Positions 61,941 through 64,000 of a stretch of DNA of 64,000 bases are shown here, in pieces; position 1 is the first letter of the stretch, and every line of letters starts with the position of its first letter. Source of the stretch: an uncultured Pelagibacteraceae bacterium (GTDB lineage: Bacteria; Pseudomonadota; Alphaproteobacteria; Pelagibacterales; Pelagibacteraceae). The position numbers were made by a program, and so were the translations under genes. Location: assembly GCA_902613855.1 (NCBI GenBank), contig CACMIX010000001.1, positions 288,717-352,716 on the forward strand, given 5' to 3'. The notes below the pieces were generated by a model. That model did not search any database. It was not told the DNA's origin and saw only the letters and a list, made by a program, of their open reading frames with translations.

Positions 61941-62563
61941 TGAAATTAGATAAAATTAATATTGATGGAAAAAAAGATAGCATTGAGGTGCTAGATAAAA
62001 TTTTCTCAGCAAAAGTTAACAATAAACTCGTTAGCAGCGTACTTTATAAAACAAATGCAAATTATAAAGGTAGACATGCAAAAACTAAGCAGCAAAATGA
62101 GGTAAGGGGCCCAACATCAAAAATATATGCACAAAAAGGTACGGGTGGAGCTAGACACGCAAGTAGAAAAGCTCCAATTTTTGTTGGTGGTGGTATAGCA
62201 CATGGACCAAAAGGTGAACTAGCCTACAAAAAAAGAAAATTAAATAAAAATGAAAAAAAATTGAGTGTTGCATCACTAATTACGGAAAAAAATAATAATA
62301 AGAATTTGTTAATTTTAAATGACTTTAGTTCTGAAATTAAAAAAACTAAAGAAATGAGCTCAATAATTAATAAACTAGAAATTTCAAATTCACTATTAAT
62401 ACTAGATAAAAATTCTAAGGAAAAAATTGAAAAATCAGCAAGAAATATCCCAAACGTTAAAGTTACAGATATCAATCATTTTAGTGCCTACGACATAATT
62501 AAATTTAAAAAAGTTGTATTTACAGAAAGTTCAGTAAAAGAACTAGAAAAGAGATATTCTTAA
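61940..62563 (+). CDS. rplD: 50S ribosomal protein L4
   Basis: 207 aa. QKGTGGARHAS motif and operon order. Confidence 0.96.
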   Translation: MKLDKINIDGKKDSIEVLDKIFSAKVNNKLVSSVLYKTNANYKGRHAKTKQQNEVRGPTSKIYAQKGTGGARHASRKAPIFVGGGIAHGPKGELAYKKRKLNKNEKKLSVASLITEKNNNKNLLILNDFSSEIKKTKEMSSIINKLEISNSLLILDKNSKEKIEKSARNIPNVKVTDINHFSAYDIIKFKKVVFTESSVKELEKRYS

Positions 62564-62564
62564 A

Positions 62565-62858
62565 ATGGATAAAATACATTTATACGACAAAATTCTTTCA
62601 CCAGTTGTTACAGAGAAATCAACAAATTTGTCTGAGTTAAATAAGATTACATTCAAAGTACCTGATGGTGCTAACAAAAAAAATCTAAAAAAGAATATTG
62701 AAAAAATCTTTAAAGTAAATGTTACTAAAATTAATATTATCAATAAGCAGAACAGAACTAAAGTTACTAGAGGAAAAAAAGTAAAAGTTTCAGGATACAA
62801 AAAAGCAATAATTACACTTAAAAAAGGTCAGAGTATTGATCTAACAACAGGAATTTAA
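62565..62858 (+). CDS. rplW: 50S ribosomal protein L23
   Basis: 97 aa. L.SPVVTEKST and operon order. Confidence 0.95.
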   Translation: MDKIHLYDKILSPVVTEKSTNLSELNKITFKVPDGANKKNLKKNIEKIFKVNVTKINIINKQNRTKVTRGKKVKVSGYKKAIITLKKGQSIDLTTGI

Positions 62859-62861
62859 TAA

Positions 62862-63701
62862 ATGGCATTAAAAACTTTTAAACCGTACACAAAATCTACT
62901 AGAGGGACTATTTTAGTAGATAGAACTGGACTATGGAAAGGTAAACCTTTCAAGTCGCTTGTTTCTCCTAAAAATGCCATGAAAGGTAGAAATAATAATG
63001 GTCATATTACTTCAATAAACAGAGCTGGTGGTCACAAAAAAATGTACAGACATGTTGACTTTTATAGAAAGAAATTTGACATGGAAGCTACTGTCGAAAG
63101 AGTAGAATACGATCCAAATAGATCATGCTATATTATGTTGGTTAAGTTTGAAGACGGAACTCACGCATACTTTCTTGCACCTCAAAAAATAAAAGTAGGT
63201 GATAAAATTGAAAGTGGATCCAAAAAAGAGATTAAAATTGGAAACTGTATGCCTTTGCAAGATATCCCGGTTGGTATTAATATTCATAATGTCGAGATAC
63301 AGCCAGGCGGTGGTGGAAAAATCGCTAGATCAGCAGGATCTTCGGTAACTATTAGCGGTTTAGACGGGAATTACAGTTTAATTAAACTTGCATCAGGCGA
63401 AGTTAGAAAAATTGATTCTAGAGCATTAGCTACAATAGGAATTTTAAGTAATCCGGATCAAAAAAATATTAAAATTGGAAAAGCAGGTAGATCAAGATGG
63501 TTGGGAAGAAGACCACATACCAGAGGTGTTGTTAAAAACCCAGTAGATCACCCACATGGAGGTGGTGAAGGTAAATCTGCTGGTGGTAGACATCCTGTTT
63601 CGCCTACAGGTCAATCAGCCAAAGGATTAAAAACAAGAGATAATAAGAGAACAGATAAATTCATAGTTAAAAGAAGAAACAAAAGGAAGGATACTAAGTA
63701 A
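62862..63701 (+). CDS. rplB: 50S ribosomal protein L2
   Basis: 279 aa. [24 protein letters not shown]. Confidence 0.99.
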   Translation: MALKTFKPYTKSTRGTILVDRTGLWKGKPFKSLVSPKNAMKGRNNNGHITSINRAGGHKKMYRHVDFYRKKFDMEATVERVEYDPNRSCYIMLVKFEDGTHAYFLAPQKIKVGDKIESGSKKEIKIGNCMPLQDIPVGINIHNVEIQPGGGGKIARSAGSSVTISGLDGNYSLIKLASGEVRKIDSRALATIGILSNPDQKNIKIGKAGRSRWLGRRPHTRGVVKNPVDHPHGGGEGKSAGGRHPVSPTGQSAKGLKTRDNKRTDKFIVKRRNKRKDTK

Positions 63702-63997
63702 TGGCTAGAGCAGTTTGGAAAGGACCTTTTGTAGAAGAAAGTTTAATGAAAAAAGTTGATAAATATAAAGATGACCCAAAAAAAATTCCTATTAAAACAT
63801 GGTCTAGAAAGTCAACTATTTTACCAGATTTTGTGGGAGTTAGTTTTCAAATTTATAATGGAAAAAAATTTATTCCAATCACGGTATCAGAAGATATGGT
63901 TGGACATAAGCTGGGTGAATTTGCACCGACAAGAACTTTTTTTGGTCATACTCCAGCAGATAAGAAAGCTAAACCTGCTACAACAGAGAAGAAATAA
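63701..63997 (+). CDS. rpsS: 30S ribosomal protein S19
   Basis: 98 aa. VWKGPFV and [13 protein letters not shown]. Confidence 0.98.
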   Translation: MARAVWKGPFVEESLMKKVDKYKDDPKKIPIKTWSRKSTILPDFVGVSFQIYNGKKFIPITVSEDMVGHKLGEFAPTRTFFGHTPADKKAKPATTEKK

Positions 63998-64000
63998 TTA

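Noticed and set aside
1-64000. I looked for CRISPR arrays, IS elements or transposases, integrases, prophage genes, toxin-antitoxin pairs, restriction-modification or other defence systems, rRNA genes and riboswitches.
   Set aside because: - No regularly spaced repeat array was seen.
- No ORF has transposase, integrase or phage hallmarks.
- No rRNA-like stretch is present.
- The few spacers longer than 100 nt do not resemble riboswitch classes I can recognise by eye (no B12, SAM, glycine or TPP cores).
- A covariance-model scan would be needed for certainty.

Overview
This is a very AT-rich window (about 30% GC by eye). It is extremely gene-dense, with many 1-15 nt gene overlaps and almost no intergenic DNA. 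The composition, the alphaproteobacterial-type proteins and the operon order suggest a streamlined marine alphaproteobacterium of the SAR11/Pelagibacter type. That is an inference, because no search was possible.

Layout:
- (a) 1-29.2 kb, core metabolism: PMM/PGM, class I RNR nrdAB, methylcitrate genes prpDBC, gph, a GlmU acetyltransferase-only protein plus glmS, class II DAHP synthase, nadE, cysS, cimA, rpsD, and a nine-gene minus-strand string sfsA-map-purBCSQL-bolA-grxD.
- (b) 29.2-37.6 kb, a co-directional accessory locus: a glucosyl/mannosyl-3-phosphoglycerate synthase and phosphatase pair, a four-component CUT1-type sugar ABC importer, and a GH63-like glycoside hydrolase.
- (c) 37.7-41.1 kb: a two-gene cassette (NodU/CmcH carbamoyltransferase and a DUF4910/COG4310 aminopeptidase-like protein). 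It is bracketed by an intact tRNA-Leu(UAA) and a decayed direct copy of that tRNA plus its upstream 54 nt.
- (d) 41.1-45.1 kb: nadK, a PhyH dioxygenase, a GST, two uncharacterised small/secreted ORFs, tRNA-Thr and rlmB.
- (e) 45.2-64 kb, the translation/transcription super-cluster: tRNA-Tyr, tRNA-Gly, tuf, tRNA-Trp, secE, nusG, rplKAJL, rpoBC, rpsLG, fusA and the S10 operon up to rpsS.

I saw no CRISPR array, transposase, integrase, rRNA or obvious defence system.

The most interesting items are the tRNA-Leu pseudo-duplicate-bounded cassette and the glycosylglycerate synthesis/uptake/hydrolysis locus. Of lesser interest are a 4-TM N-terminal extension on an ABC permease, the domain-split GlmU, and the near-total loss of ribosomal-protein leader regions apart from a structured 166-nt rpsL leader.
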